DNA of 64,000 nucleotides, from positions 190,278,001-190,342,000 of the forward strand of contig NC_042998.1 of the NCBI RefSeq assembly GCF_006345805.1, read 5' to 3'. Origin of the DNA: Octopus sinensis (Eukaryota). The notes below the pieces were generated by a model. That model did not search any database. It saw only the letters and a list, made by a program, of their open reading frames with translations, and had not been told where the DNA came from. How positions within the stretch are numbered: the first letter of the stretch is position 1; each line of letters opens with the position of its first letter. Of this stretch, positions 25,207 to 36,783 are shown one piece after another. The position numbers were made by a program, and so were the translations under genes.

Positions 25207-25600
25207 TCATCATCGTTTAACGTCCGCTTTCCATGCTAGCTTGGATTGGATGATTTGACTGAGGGCTGGCAAACCAGATGGCTGCACCAAGCTCCAATCT
25301 TGATCTGGCAGAGTTTCTACAGCCAACCACTCCGAAAGTATAGTGGGTGCTTTTTACGTACCACCGGCACGGGGGCCAGTCAGGTGGTACTGGCAATGAC
25401 CTCGCTCGAATGTTTTTACATGTGCCACCGGCATAAGTGCCAGTAAGGTGACGCTGGTAACGATCACGCTCAAATGGTGCCTTTTACGTGCCACCGGCAC
25501 AGAAGCCAGTTGCTCTGGCAACGATCACGCTTGGATGGTGCTCTTAGCACCCTACTAGCACGGGGCACAAGTGCCAGCAAGGCAACGCTGGTAGTAAGGC
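25207..25600 (-). mobile_element. RTE-LINE 3'-end repeat, inverted relative to 24410-24803
   Basis: Family core and subrepeats. Confidence 0.85.
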
Positions 25601-26496
25601 GACGCCATTAGAATAAAACATTATACCTCTTTCTCTTTGTATCAATTTATAGGAGTATGGTAATTATATACAAATTTAGTTTGATAGAAACTCAGAGTAG
25701 GGAAGATAAAATACAGGGTACAGATAAAATAAGCAATTTTATATATATAATGCAACATTGTATTAGGAATATACAATTTGTCTCAGTTGGACTAATTGTC
25801 ATTCAGGATATGTAGAGTAATGGCAGCTTCTAAATCAGTTGGTTAGAGATTTTAAAGTTTGATATCCCAATCATGATCAGCACAATAGCCTGGTAGTTAG
25901 TGTCACCAATGAAGATAGGGATCTTGCACAATGTCACGATTTTTTGCCTCTAGGTCAGCTCTCATTCAGCAGACTTGAATATCCTGTTTTACTTTTATAT
26001 ATATATATTTTTTAACAACAGTACATATTAATACAATAGTACATTCTTAACTACGTACATTTCATGTAATACTAAGGGAAGTAACTCGAATAGAGAGAAA
26101 GAAAGAAAGAGAGAGAGAGAGAGAGGAAGTGAGAGACAGCAATAAAGAGATAGATGAAGATAGTGAAGGAAGTGGAAATTTAAATAGAAAGACAGAGGAG
26201 AAGGAATATTATCAAGACAGCAAAGCTTGTGATTTTACTGTATCTTTAGCCATATTCTCTTTCTCTCCCTTCTCCTCCCCCTCTCTCTCTTCATTTGTTT
26301 GGATTGTGTCTCAGTAAATAATTTTGCTACAAGAATGTCAAAAATGCCGAGATCATGTATATATATCAGTGTGTGTGTGTGTGTGTGTGAATGTAAATGT
26401 AAAGGCAAAATGTGAATCAGGGTGTAACAAAGACACAGTCATATCAAATATATTTGTAAATATCCTAAGGTGAGTGTTGCCATTCATTATCACCAA

Positions 26497-26700
26497 CCTC
26501 ACCATTTAACGTCTGTTGTCCATGCTGGCATGGGTTGAAAGGTTTGACTGGGCTGGCACGCTGGAAGACTGCACCAGACTCCAGTCTGATTTGGCAAGGT
26601 TTTCTATGGCTGGGTGCCCTTCCTAATGCCAACCACTCCGAGAGTGTAATGGGTGCTTTTTATGTGCCACTGGCAAGGGTGCCATTTGCACAACACCAGA
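26497..26700 (-). mobile_element. RTE-LINE 3'-end repeat
   Basis: Family core sequence, diverged. Confidence 0.75.
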
Positions 26701-26970
26701 ATCATAGCACAACTAATTAGGGAGAGTGTCATAGCCCAACTAATTAGAGAGAGAGTCATAGCCCAACTAATTAGGGAGAGAGTCATAGCCCAACTAATTA
26801 GAGAGAGAGTCATAACCCAACTAATTAGGGAGAGAGTCATAGCCCAACTAATTAGGGAGAGGGTCATAGCCCAACTAATTAGGGAGAGGGTCATAGCCCA
26901 ACTAATTAGGGAGAGGGTCATAGCCCAACTAATTAGGGAGAGGGTCATAGCCCAACTAATTAGGGAGAGA
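26701..26970 (+). repeat. 27-bp tandem repeat, 10 copies (VIAQLIRER), in frame with the LINE RT
   Basis: gtcatagcccaactaattagggagaga with period 27; ORF 26653..27171. Confidence 0.98.
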
Positions 26971-28309
26971 GTCAGTCTAGACGAGATGCAGTTTGGGTTA
27001 GTGCCAGGGAAAAGCACCACTGATGCTATATTTCTGATAAGACAGCTGCAGGAGAAATACCTGACCACAGATAAACCGCTGTACCTAGCTTTCATTGACA
27101 TGGAGAAAGCCTTTGACAGGGGTCCTCCCATCCCTTACCTAGTGGTCAATGAGGAAACTAGGAATAGATGAGTGGTTAGTGAGAGCTGTACAAGCCATGT
27201 ACAGGGATGCTGTCAGTAAGGTGAGGGTTGGTAACGAGTACAGTGAAGAATTCCAGGTAGGGATCCACCAAGGATCAGTTTTCAGCCCCCTCCTATTCTT
27301 CAAAGTCCTCCAGGCAATAACAGAGAAATTCAAGACAGGATGACCCTGGGAGCTTCTTTCTCTATGCTGATGATCTTGCTCTATTAGCTGAGTTACTATC
27401 AGAACTAGAGGAGAAGTTTCAGGTGTGAAAGCAAAGTCTAGAATTGAAGGACCTTAGAGTCAACCTAGCAAAAACTAAAGTTTTAATAAGTAGGAAGGCA
27501 GACAAACCACAAATCCCTTCAGGAAGTTGGCCCTGCTCAATCTTTAGAAAACGTGTAGGTAGACACTCCATAAGATGTACTCAGTGTAGGCTATGGACAC
27601 ATAAGAGGTGCAGCAATATCAAAAGAAGACAAACTGGGAAGATAGTCTTTGTTTGTGACAAATGCTCAGGAGTAATAAACACTGAAAATGTGCATGACAG
27701 AGTGTAAGTGCCCTGGGAGAAAAGTTGGACTTAAGAAGCATCAGATGTGGTGAGCAAGAGAGACGATTGCACTGGTATGGTCATGTGTTGCAAATGGTTG
27801 AGGACAGCTGTGTGAAAAAGTGTCACACCCTAGCAGTAGAGAGAACTTGTGGAAGAGGTAGACTCAGTAAGACCTGGGATGAGGTGGTGAAGTACGACCT
27901 TCAAACAATGGGCCTCACTGAGGCAATGACTAGTGACTGAAACCTTTGGGATATGCTGTGCTTGAGAAGACCCGGCAAGCCAAATGAGACCATAACCATG
28001 GCCTATGCCTAACTGGCTCCTGTGCCGGTGACACATAATAAATACCATTCGAGCATAGTTGCTGCCAATGCTGCCTGACTGGCTCCTGTGCTGGTGGCAT
28101 ATAAAAAGCACCAACTGATCATAACCGCTGCCAGCCTTCCCTGGCACGTAAAAAGCAGTCTTCTATTAAAGCATGGGGAAATATTACTTTGCTTGGAAAC
28201 AGGTGAGGATTGACAACAGACGAGGCATCTGATTGTAGTAAACTTATCTCAGCAAATTCTGCCTGACTCATGCAAGCATAGTAAAATGAATGTTAAAATG
28301 ATGATGATG
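26971..28309 (+). mobile_element. 5'-truncated, internally deleted RTE-clade LINE (RT pseudogene + 3'UTR + GAT tail)
   Basis: QFGLVPGKSTTDAIF, AFIDMEKAFDR, GIHQGSVFSPLLF, YADD at 27363, a Cys/His finger, RRLHWYGHV and GRGRLSKTW; frameshifts and stops. Confidence 0.95.
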
Positions 28310-28566
28310 TGCCAGTCGCATGTAAAAGGCACCATCCGAACATGGCTGATGCCAGCGCTGTCTTGACTGGCTTCTGTGCCGGTGGCATGTAAAAAGCACC
28401 AACTGATCATAACTGCTGCCAGCCTTCCCTGGCACGTATAAAGCACCCACTACACTCACGGAGTGGTTGGTGTTAGGAAGGGCGTCCAGCTGTAGAAACA
28501 CTACCAGATCAGACTGGAGCCTGGTGCAGCCTCCTGGCTTTCCAGACCCCAGTCAAACCGTCCAAC
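28310..28566 (+). mobile_element. RTE-LINE 3'-end repeat, cut off by a Helentron-like element
   Basis: Family core ends abruptly at tccaac. Confidence 0.8.
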
Positions 28567-28909
28567 GTCATAGTGCTAGTGCATGCATATACAGCTGATT
28601 GCGTGCACACATACACGCGAGTACTGTCCAAATCTCTGACCAATCACATACAGCTAGCTGGCATTCAATTGGCATATCAAGTTTCGAGCATTTTGATTGG
28701 GTTTTGGATAGAAAATTCACAAAAAAGTCACTTTTATTGATATTTTAATGGCTTTGCGGGGTGACTGGGGAAATGTAAAGATGTACACGACCACCCTTAG
28801 ACGGTTTTGAATGACCATAGAAAGTGCGAACCCTCTAACTGAAAAATTGTAGATTTGTATAAAGGACACACACACAGACAGACATTTTGCCATTTATATA
28901 TATAGAGAT
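28567..28909 (+). mobile_element. Helentron/HINE-like non-autonomous element, 5'-truncated
   Basis: Closely similar to 32348-32730; (CA)/(CAGA) microsatellite then ttttgccatttatatatatagagat end. Confidence 0.7.
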
Positions 28910-29365
28910 GTCAAGACAAGGAGATACACACACCCATACAAACATAGAATGGGATCTTTCAGTTTCCATCTATAAAATCCACTCATACGGATTTGGTCAG
29001 CCTATGATTGTAGTGGAAGACACCTGTTCAAAGTGCAACGCAACTAGACTGAAAAATAAAACCATGTACTTGGGAAGAGAACATCTTAACGACAAGCCAT
29101 GTCTGACTCTGAAGATATTCAGAAGAAAAGAGTATCAGTGAACAGGTTGCAAATTTGTGATGAAAGACTGATATTTGATAACATACTATTGAAAAACAAT
29201 AATACAGAGAAGAATATAAAAACATGTGTTTTAAATAGTGAATAATACTACCATTTTGTGATTGCTTTTGCTTCTATACACAATCTCAGATCAAATTACT
29301 TGTCAAATAAGTGCAGCAAAAATTTGGTAACTGATTGAAAAATATATCATAATTGTGAAATATAT

Positions 29366-29755
29366 AGGCACAGGAGTGGCTGTGTGGTAAGTAGCTTGCT
29401 AACCAACCACATGGTTCCGGGTTCAGTCCCACTGCATGGCATCTTGGGCAAGTGTCTTCTACTATAGCCTCGGGCCGATTTGGTAGACGGAAACTGAAAG
29501 AAGCCTGTCGTATGTGTATATATATATATGTATGTGTGCGTATATGTTTGTGTGTCTGTGTTTGTCCCTCTAGCATTTCTTGACAACCGATGCTGGTGTG
29601 TTTACGTCCCCGTCACTTAGCGGTTCGGCAAAAGAGACCGATAGAATAAGTACTGGGCTTACAAAGAATAAGTCCCGGGCTCGATTTGCTTGACTAAAGG
29701 CGGTGCTCCAGTATGGCCGCAGTCAAATGACTGAAACAACTAAAAGAGTAAGAGT
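29366..29755 (+). mobile_element. Family A SINE
   Basis: A/B boxes, central domain and tail. Confidence 0.92.
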
Positions 29756-29810
29756 ATATATATTTTTATATTTCAGTATTAAAATTAATACAAATTATTT
29801 TTAGTATAAG

Positions 29811-29847
<37 letters not shown>

Positions 29848-30045
29848 CTGATTTCATTTCTGGATTTATTTACTGATGATATTTCTATTTCAATTAAGCT
29901 GATACAATTTGGAATGGAATTTTTTGCTAAAAACTATGAATGAAAGGAGCAAAAAAAATAAAGAAATAAACAATGTATAGATAATTTACATTTCAATTTG
30001 ATCCTGGTCAATAAACTAAAATTAAATTAAATAGGAAATATTTAC

Positions 30046-30181
30046 CTTCACAAGTTCAAATGGAAACCGCTCGTGGAAAATTCGGTTAATTTTGGCTCCT
30101 CCTGATAACTCTATGACATTAATTTCGGAGCCAGTTCCTTCTATATTTTTATCAAAATCCACTGAAAATTGCTGTACCATT
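30046..30181 (-). CDS. dnm: Dynamin exon 8 (136 nt): [45 protein letters not shown]
   Basis: attatag acceptor, gtaaat donor; [11 protein letters not shown] stalk signature. Confidence 0.98.
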
Positions 30182-30281
30182 CTATAATATAAAACATATA
30201 AAGATAAAACGTTGTACTGAATAAGAAAGTAGAAATAATTTTTTCTTTAATTCTCTAATGGCAAGAAATCTATATACTAAC

Positions 30282-30476
30282 GTGAGCATAGCCTTGGTTT
30301 TCCGCCCAGGGTCATCTGGGCGGAAATTTCTATATTCTTCAACTTCTTTCTCCATCGAAAGTAACTGAGACTGTAGCTTGTTGCGAAGAGCAGGTAAAGT
30401 GTCTCTTATATGATTAGTCAATTGTTGGTTAAGGACACGCTGAAGATAAGGAGTTCCCATTCTATCAGCCATATGC
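30282..30476 (-). CDS. dnm: Dynamin exon 7 (195 nt): [64 protein letters not shown](T)
   Basis: Within ORF 30182..30499; ttttaaaag acceptor, gttagt donor; phase 2 to 2. Confidence 0.97.
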
Positions 30477-30652
30477 CTTTTAAAAGAGAGATAAAACATT
30501 AAAATTACAGTAATATACTAAGAATACATCAATGTCAGTATAGCAGTTTAGAAATAATAACAGTAAATAAGAGGACAATGATTATCCAAATGATTAAACT
30601 ATACAATAAATAATATGAAAAAATAGAGAATAAGTTTTAAAACAAAAATTTA

Positions 30653-30793
30653 TTAGGTTGTCCCAAAAGTTTGTAAACACTTGCGAAAATTGAATTTTTA
30701 CTCGCCAAGTACTAACAAAAACAACAAAAATTATTCCTCAAAATAAAGACCATTATTTTCCAAGACTTTCTACGAACTTTTGGGACAACCTTA
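30653..30793. mobile_element. 141-bp mariner-type MITE in dynamin intron 6
   Basis: TIRs ttaggttgtcccaaaagtttg / cgaacttttgggacaacctta with TA on both sides. Confidence 0.85.
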
Positions 30794-30827
30794 TAATAGA
30801 AGTATGAGATAGTAATTAGATATATAC

Positions 30828-30936
30828 CTGTAAGATGGATGGCTAAGAAAGAATTTTCTTTCTGCAGCAAGTGCTGCTCGGATATCTTTTTTGCCATCAA
30901 TGTCTTTTTGGCTCCTGTTTACAACTCCAATGTAAC
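30828..30936 (-). CDS. dnm: Dynamin exon 6 (109 nt): [35 protein letters not shown](R)
   Basis: cttcacaag acceptor, gtatat donor; phase 1 to 2. Confidence 0.97.
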
Positions 30937-30984
30937 CTTGTGAAGAAATGAATAAAATAAATTATCAACTTTAATATAGAAACA

Positions 30985-31410
30985 TCATCATCATTATTAT
31001 CATCATCATTGGTTTGACTGAGGACTGGCGAGCCAGATGGCTGCACCAGGCTCCAATCTGATCTGGCATATTTTCTACAGCTGGATGCCCTTCCTAACGC
31101 CAACCACTCCGAGGGTGTAGTGGGTGCTTTTACATGCCACCGGCACGAGGGCCAGTCAGGCGGTACTGGCAACAGCCACACTCAAATGGTGCTTTTTTTA
31201 CATGCCACCTGCACAGAAGCCAGTCCAGCAGCACTGGCAATGACCTCACTCGAATATTGTTTTTCACGTGCCACCAGCACAAGTGCCAGTAAGACAATGC
31301 TGGTAACAATCACGCTCGAATGGTGCTTTTTACGTGCCACTGGCATGGGAGCCAGTCAGCGGCCCTGGCAACGATCAGGCTCGGATGGTGCTCTTAGTGC
31401 TCCACATGCT
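30985..31410 (-). mobile_element. RTE-LINE 3'-end repeat
   Basis: Family core and subrepeats. Confidence 0.85.
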
Positions 31411-31946
31411 GTCTATAAAACAGAAATCCTTTACACTTACTAAGGTGAAATAGTCTCTATTTTTTAATCTTATATTGTAACTAGTGAACAACAACAGTGT
31501 TGGTCATAAGCTTAAAACAGTCCACTCTGTATTTCTAGTGGCAAGACTGACAAGGGAGTCCTTGTAACTCAAGGGATTTCAGTCATAAAGCCCTGAGCTT
31601 TTGGTTGATATACTCAGCAAAAGATATGCATATGCACAAGCTAGTATTATATGCAGGCATACACACACACAAATATATAACAAGTATTTTCAGAGCTTCA
31701 ATCTCACAACTTCCACTTACAAAGTACTGGTGAAGTCAAGACTTTAGTAGAAGACATTTGCTCAAGTTGTCCCATAGTGGGATTTAACCACAAAATTCAC
31801 ACAGTTATGAAGTGAACTTCTTAACTGCATAACCATGCCTGTGCCAATTTACATTTTACATTATTATATGCCAGAAAAACTCCATGCCAGTTCAATCATA
31901 ATAAATCTAAATTATGGAGAGAGAAAACTCATTTAAAGGAACAAAC

Positions 31947-32045
31947 CTCGACGAAGTGGTAATGTACGGTTTTCAAGTATGTCACGAGCATCAGTGCCTT
32001 CATCCATCAAATCTAATTTGGTAATCACTCCAATAGTTCGGACCC
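31947..32045 (-). CDS. dnm: Dynamin exon 5 (99 nt): [33 protein letters not shown]4 motif
   Basis: ttttcag acceptor, gtttgt donor; TKLD motif. Confidence 0.98.
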
Positions 32046-32347
32046 CTGAAAAGAAAAATAAATTAATAACAAACGGTTAAACTGCGAAAAAGCTCAAACA
32101 CTTATTATTGTTGGTGTCGTTATCTTTCACTGTGTTTCTTTACATTCCACTCCAGAACAGTAACTAATAAATTTTTTTTACCAAGGCAAAATGTCTGTTG
32201 AAACAATGAAATTCTACCTACACACATACACACACACACACACACATATGCATGTACATTTTGCAATGTGATAGTTTATCAATTGGAGCAATTGTTTTTA
32301 CAATTAGATACCTTTCTCAAGTAGGAATGGAACCTATTTTATGATCA

Positions 32348-32730
32348 ACTAGCACTATGACCCAGCAACACCGAGTCATCGTGCTAGTGCATGCATATGC
32401 AGCTGCGTGCATGCATACATACATACACACGAGTACTGTCCAAATCTCCGACCAATCACATACAGCTAGCTGGCATTCAATTGGCGTATCAAGTTTCGGG
32501 CATTTTGATTGGGCTTTGGATAGAAAATTCACAAAAAAGTCACTTCTATTGATATTTTTAATGGCTTTGCGAGGTGAATGGGGAAATGTAAAGATGTGCA
32601 CAACCACTCTTGGATGGTTTTGAATGACCATAGAAAGTGCAAGCACTCTAACTGAAAAATTGTGGATTTGTATAAAGGACAAGCACACACACACACAGAC
32701 AGACATTTTGCCGTTTATATATATAGAGAT
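32348..32730 (+). mobile_element. Helentron/HINE-like non-autonomous element
   Basis: Starts actagcactatgacccagcaacaccgagtc; ends with a CA/CAGA microsatellite and tttatatatatagagat; second copy at 28567. Confidence 0.7.
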
Positions 32731-32869
32731 AAAGCAAATTAAAGCAAGCGGAGGTATGAATTATATATTTTGTTCAGGAGCTACAGCACAATGGCTATAA
32801 TAGTCAGAAGTACAACACTTTCATCTCACAGCTGCAGATTTTGGATATTTAAATAAGGTTGAAACAATT

Positions 32870-33745
32870 ATTTTTACTACTGACTGACTGTCCTATTAGT
32901 AGCTACTCATTTATGATGCCGAAACATGTATCACATAGGGATTCCTAATGCTGTACATCCCAGGCGGCGAGCTGGCAGAAACGTTAGCACGCTGGGCAAA
33001 ATGCTAAGCGGGTATTTCATCTGCCGTTACGTTGTGAGTTCAAATTCCGCCGAGGTCGACTTTGCCTTTCATCCTTTTGGGGTTGATAAATTAAGTACCA
33101 GTTATGCACTGGGGGCGATGTAATCGACTTAATACCTATGTCTGTCCTTGTTTGTCCCCTCTGTGTTTAGCCCCTTGTGGGTAATAAAGAAATGTGTACA
33201 TCCCAGCCATCAGGAGGATTTCAGTATGAGGAACCCTGTCCTTCCACATGAGACTGGAGGATACTTTGGAGCAATCAGATATGAGATAATTTCAGTTGTT
33301 TGATCTGGTGCCGATCTGGTGGATACACAAACAGCTCAATAAACAGAGATTTCTATACTTGCTCTAAGGTTCTTGTTCTGAAAAACTTGTTCATTGAGTT
33401 TCCTAAAAGATGCAGAGGCCAAATTGTTCTGATGGAGTATCTCCATCGGGTTGGCCATGTGATTCAAATGCCAGGTAACTAGCTCCTAAAGATGGTCCCC
33501 TTCAGCAAGATCGAGATTAGAAGATCGAGATTTGGACGTCCAAAACTTCATTTTCATGATAATCTTAAGCAGTCTCTCATTTTATGTGGTGTTCCTCCCA
33601 ATCCATTGGCTGAAAATTGGAAGGCATGGAGGTCCATGTGTAATACTGGAGTAGAGTGCTTTGAAACTGAACACAGGAAACTGCATGAAGAGAGGAGGAG
33701 ACATTGTCATAAACCCCCTGTGGCTGTTGTTCAGGGTCAATGAAA
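32870..33745 (+). mobile_element. Decayed RTE (BovB-like) LINE C-terminal relic, interrupted by a SINE
   Basis: Fragments RVGHVIQMPGN, RSRFGRPKLHFHDNLKQSL and LAENWKAWRSMCNTGVECFE. Confidence 0.75.
32964..33193 (+). mobile_element. Family B SINE (OR2-like)
   Basis: 12-bp TSD tgtacatcccag at 32952-32963 and 33195-33206. Confidence 0.92.
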
Positions 33746-33852
33746 GTGACTCTAAACTAATTCTATCTCTCTAAAGACTATTTACTATATTAGCTCTAGT
33801 GATCTTCATCAGAAATAATCTTAATATTCTGAACGAACATTCAGTGTATTTA

Positions 33853-34125
33853 CATCATCATCATCATCAATTAGCATCCACTTTCCAAGCTAGCATGGGT
33901 TGGACGGTTCAACTGGGGTCTGGGAAGCCAGAAGGCTGCACCAGGCCCAGTCTGATCAGGCAATGATTCTACGGCTGGATGCCCTTCCTAACGCCAACCA
34001 CTCCATGAGTGTAGTGGGTGCTTTTTACGTGCCACTGGTACGGAGGCCAGTCGGGGCAGCGCTGGCAACAGCCACATTCGGATGGTTCTCCTATGTGCCA
34101 CCGGCACTGGTATCACAGCTACAAT
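33853..34125 (-). mobile_element. RTE-LINE 3'-end repeat
   Basis: Family core sequence. Confidence 0.85.
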
Positions 34126-34468
34126 TTATAGTCTTTAATATAAAAAAAAAAAAAAAAAAGGTTACCACATGAAGGGTATCTGGCTATAAAATACTGTTAC
34201 AAAATAGTCCCGACCAATTCATGCCAGCATAGTAAAGCAGAATTAAAAATAATGATAATGATGAATACATGACTGAGGGGTGCTAAAGAATAAAGAATAA
34301 AAGGTGATGTTCTTTTTTTTTTTTTAACCACTGAGAAACCATAACTTAGTAACTACAGGAAGCCAAAACCCTTTTACAAAGTTGCAAAAGAGAAATGACA
34401 GGCTTTATTTACCATCCAAAACCTGCCAATTCTTAAACTTGTATCAACATTGATAGGGTAAAACTTAC

Positions 34469-34672
34469 CTTGTAGATCTACTTCTTTAGCAATTTTGAGA
34501 GCATCAGAATTTGCAAGATCTGAGTTGGCTGGTGATACCGCAAGAATGAGACAATTGTCTTTTTGTATAAATTCTAAGAGCATACTTCTAATTTGTTGTT
34601 CAATATCAGCTGGTTGGTCCCCAACAGCCACTTTAGTCATACCAGGTAAATCAATCAAAGTCAGATTGAGAA
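34469..34672 (-). CDS. dnm: Dynamin exon 4 (204 nt): [70 protein letters not shown]3 motif
   Basis: Within ORF 34374..34691; aatttcag acceptor, gtaagt donor; DLPG motif. Confidence 0.99.
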
Positions 34673-34881
34673 CTGAAATTATAAAAATCACAAACCGAAT
34701 ATATGAATAGAATTAAAAGATGGGCAGAAAGTAGAAGAAATGAACAGGAGCAACGGATAAGAAATACACAGGATGCAGAAATAGGTGAAAAAAAAATATA
34801 TAGTACAACTGGATAAACTTAAATATTTGAAGACATTAGAATTAATATGAACTAATACCACTAACAATTCAGTTACGTTAA

Positions 34882-35101
34882 CCCTTTTGTTACTGTATTT
34901 ATTTTGAGATGCTCTGTGTTGCTTTCAATTACTTTAAATATAATGAAGAATTTAGTAAAATAACTTGGTTATCATTCAGCTAGTGTTAGGAGCATAAATT
35001 GTGACTAAGGTTTGGTGGAAGATTTTAATTCAAAACTTATGAAAACAAGACATTTGTACTCAGAGCCAGAGCCAGTTTCAGTCGGGTTGGTAACAAAAGG
35101 G
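34882..35101. mobile_element. TTAA-flanked (piggyBac-like) MITE, second family
   Basis: TTAA at 34878-81 and 35102-05; TIR cccttttgttac / gtaacaaaaggg. Confidence 0.85.
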
Positions 35102-36529
35102 TTAAGGATCTTAAAATCACAGATAATTAAAATGTTTAAGAACAATGGTTAAAAGAACAACAAAAATGAACACGACAAGCTATCAAGAGTTTCTTATATA
35201 AATTTCATATTATGTAAACATTAATTTTACTATATACTTCATTATTTGAAATTTAGGATTAATCTATTACATAACCTAGTATTCCAATGTAAGTGACCAC
35301 ATTTGAGTTTCAGAGATGGTCAGTAAATGGTCAAGGCAGCAATACCTTCTGGATCCAAGATCTAAGTCTGGATCTAAATTTGGTCATACGTGGTGTTACA
35401 ATAAAAATGCTTCATATTATGATGTCTAGCATTTATAACTATTTTGTAAGTATAATCGAAATCCCTTATCCAAAATTCCTGGATTTTAGAATATTTTTAT
35501 TTTTGCATCTATAAAATGGCACAGCTTGCAGATGAGACCCAAATCCAAACCCATTTATATGTCATAATATAGCATATACACATACTCTACATGTAGTTTA
35601 TATAAATTTTTAATTATTTTTTTATACATAATACAATCAGAAAGGTAAGATATCAGACTCTACCTACATTGTCATGATTTGATTAAAAGGTTACAATACA
35701 CATAAACTGGTAGTATTTTATTTTTTACTATACATGTATTACATACAAAAAAGCACTGAACATGATTACAGGTTAATAAAATGAAAACTGTAACAAGTCA
35801 GCAATTATTTTTTTTTTTAAATAATATACAAATAATGATACTCGTCATATCTGTACATTGAGGTGAAATTCAGATCTCATGTAAAAAAATGTTTTGTGCC
35901 TACTGTACAGAAAAACAAAATATGATGATCAATGCCTACAAATTTGAAGCTAAATGCAGCCCCACACATTTCAACTATATCAGGTTCAAGGAATTTGAGA
36001 AAGAGGGTACATGTCATAACGGCACACAACAGTTGTACTTGGTCATGTCAGCAGTCAAAAAAAACTTTCAGATTTTAGAGGTTTCCAGATTTTGGAATTT
36101 CAGATAAAGGGTTTTCAACTATATTAATTGTGTGTACGTATTTTAATGCATAGGGAAGACACATACAAAACTGTTCTGTTGATATGTGTAGCAATTATGT
36201 ATTAGCACTGCTGAAAGAAGACTAAGCAGCCATGATTCCATTGAAGGATGCTTTTAAAGTTTCTATACATGGAAACAGTGTAAGTTGAGCATGAGACGTC
36301 TTAGTTATATGGCTCGAGAAGGAACAACCAACCAATATCCATTGACTGATGTCTAGCATGAGAATGTCCAGGTTAAATTGCTCACCTACAGGCCTTATCA
36401 GTCTCTCATTTATCAACTTTGGTGTACTATGTCTCCTATATTCTGCCTTCTGCATGTTAACAACCTACATAACACATTCCTATGATGTTGATAACAGCCA
36501 TCTTTTCTCCTTAAGCTTCCATAACATAA

Positions 36530-36783
36530 GGGCCGGTTTCCCGGTTTCTTGGGGTATAGGTTCCCCACCTGGACGGGACGCCAGTCCGTTGCAGGTGAGC
36601 TGCAAGATGCAGGAGGAAAGAGTGAGAGAAAGTTGTGGCGAAAGAGTCAGCAGAAGTTTCGCCATTACCTTCTGCCGGAGCTGCGTGGAGCTTAGGTGTT
36701 TCGATCATAAACAAACACATCGCCCAGTCTGAGATTCGAACCCGCGAGTCCGCTGCTCTAACCACTAGGGCCATGTGCCTCCA
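36530..36783 (-). mobile_element. Family C-related SINE variant
   Basis: Shares the head (ggaggcacatggccctagtggttagagcagcggactc) with 18458-18840. Confidence 0.75.

Noticed and set aside
26701-26970. Possible CRISPR array or repeat-protein gene
   Set aside because: Contiguous repeats without spacers, eukaryotic context, and the unit is LINE RT sequence.
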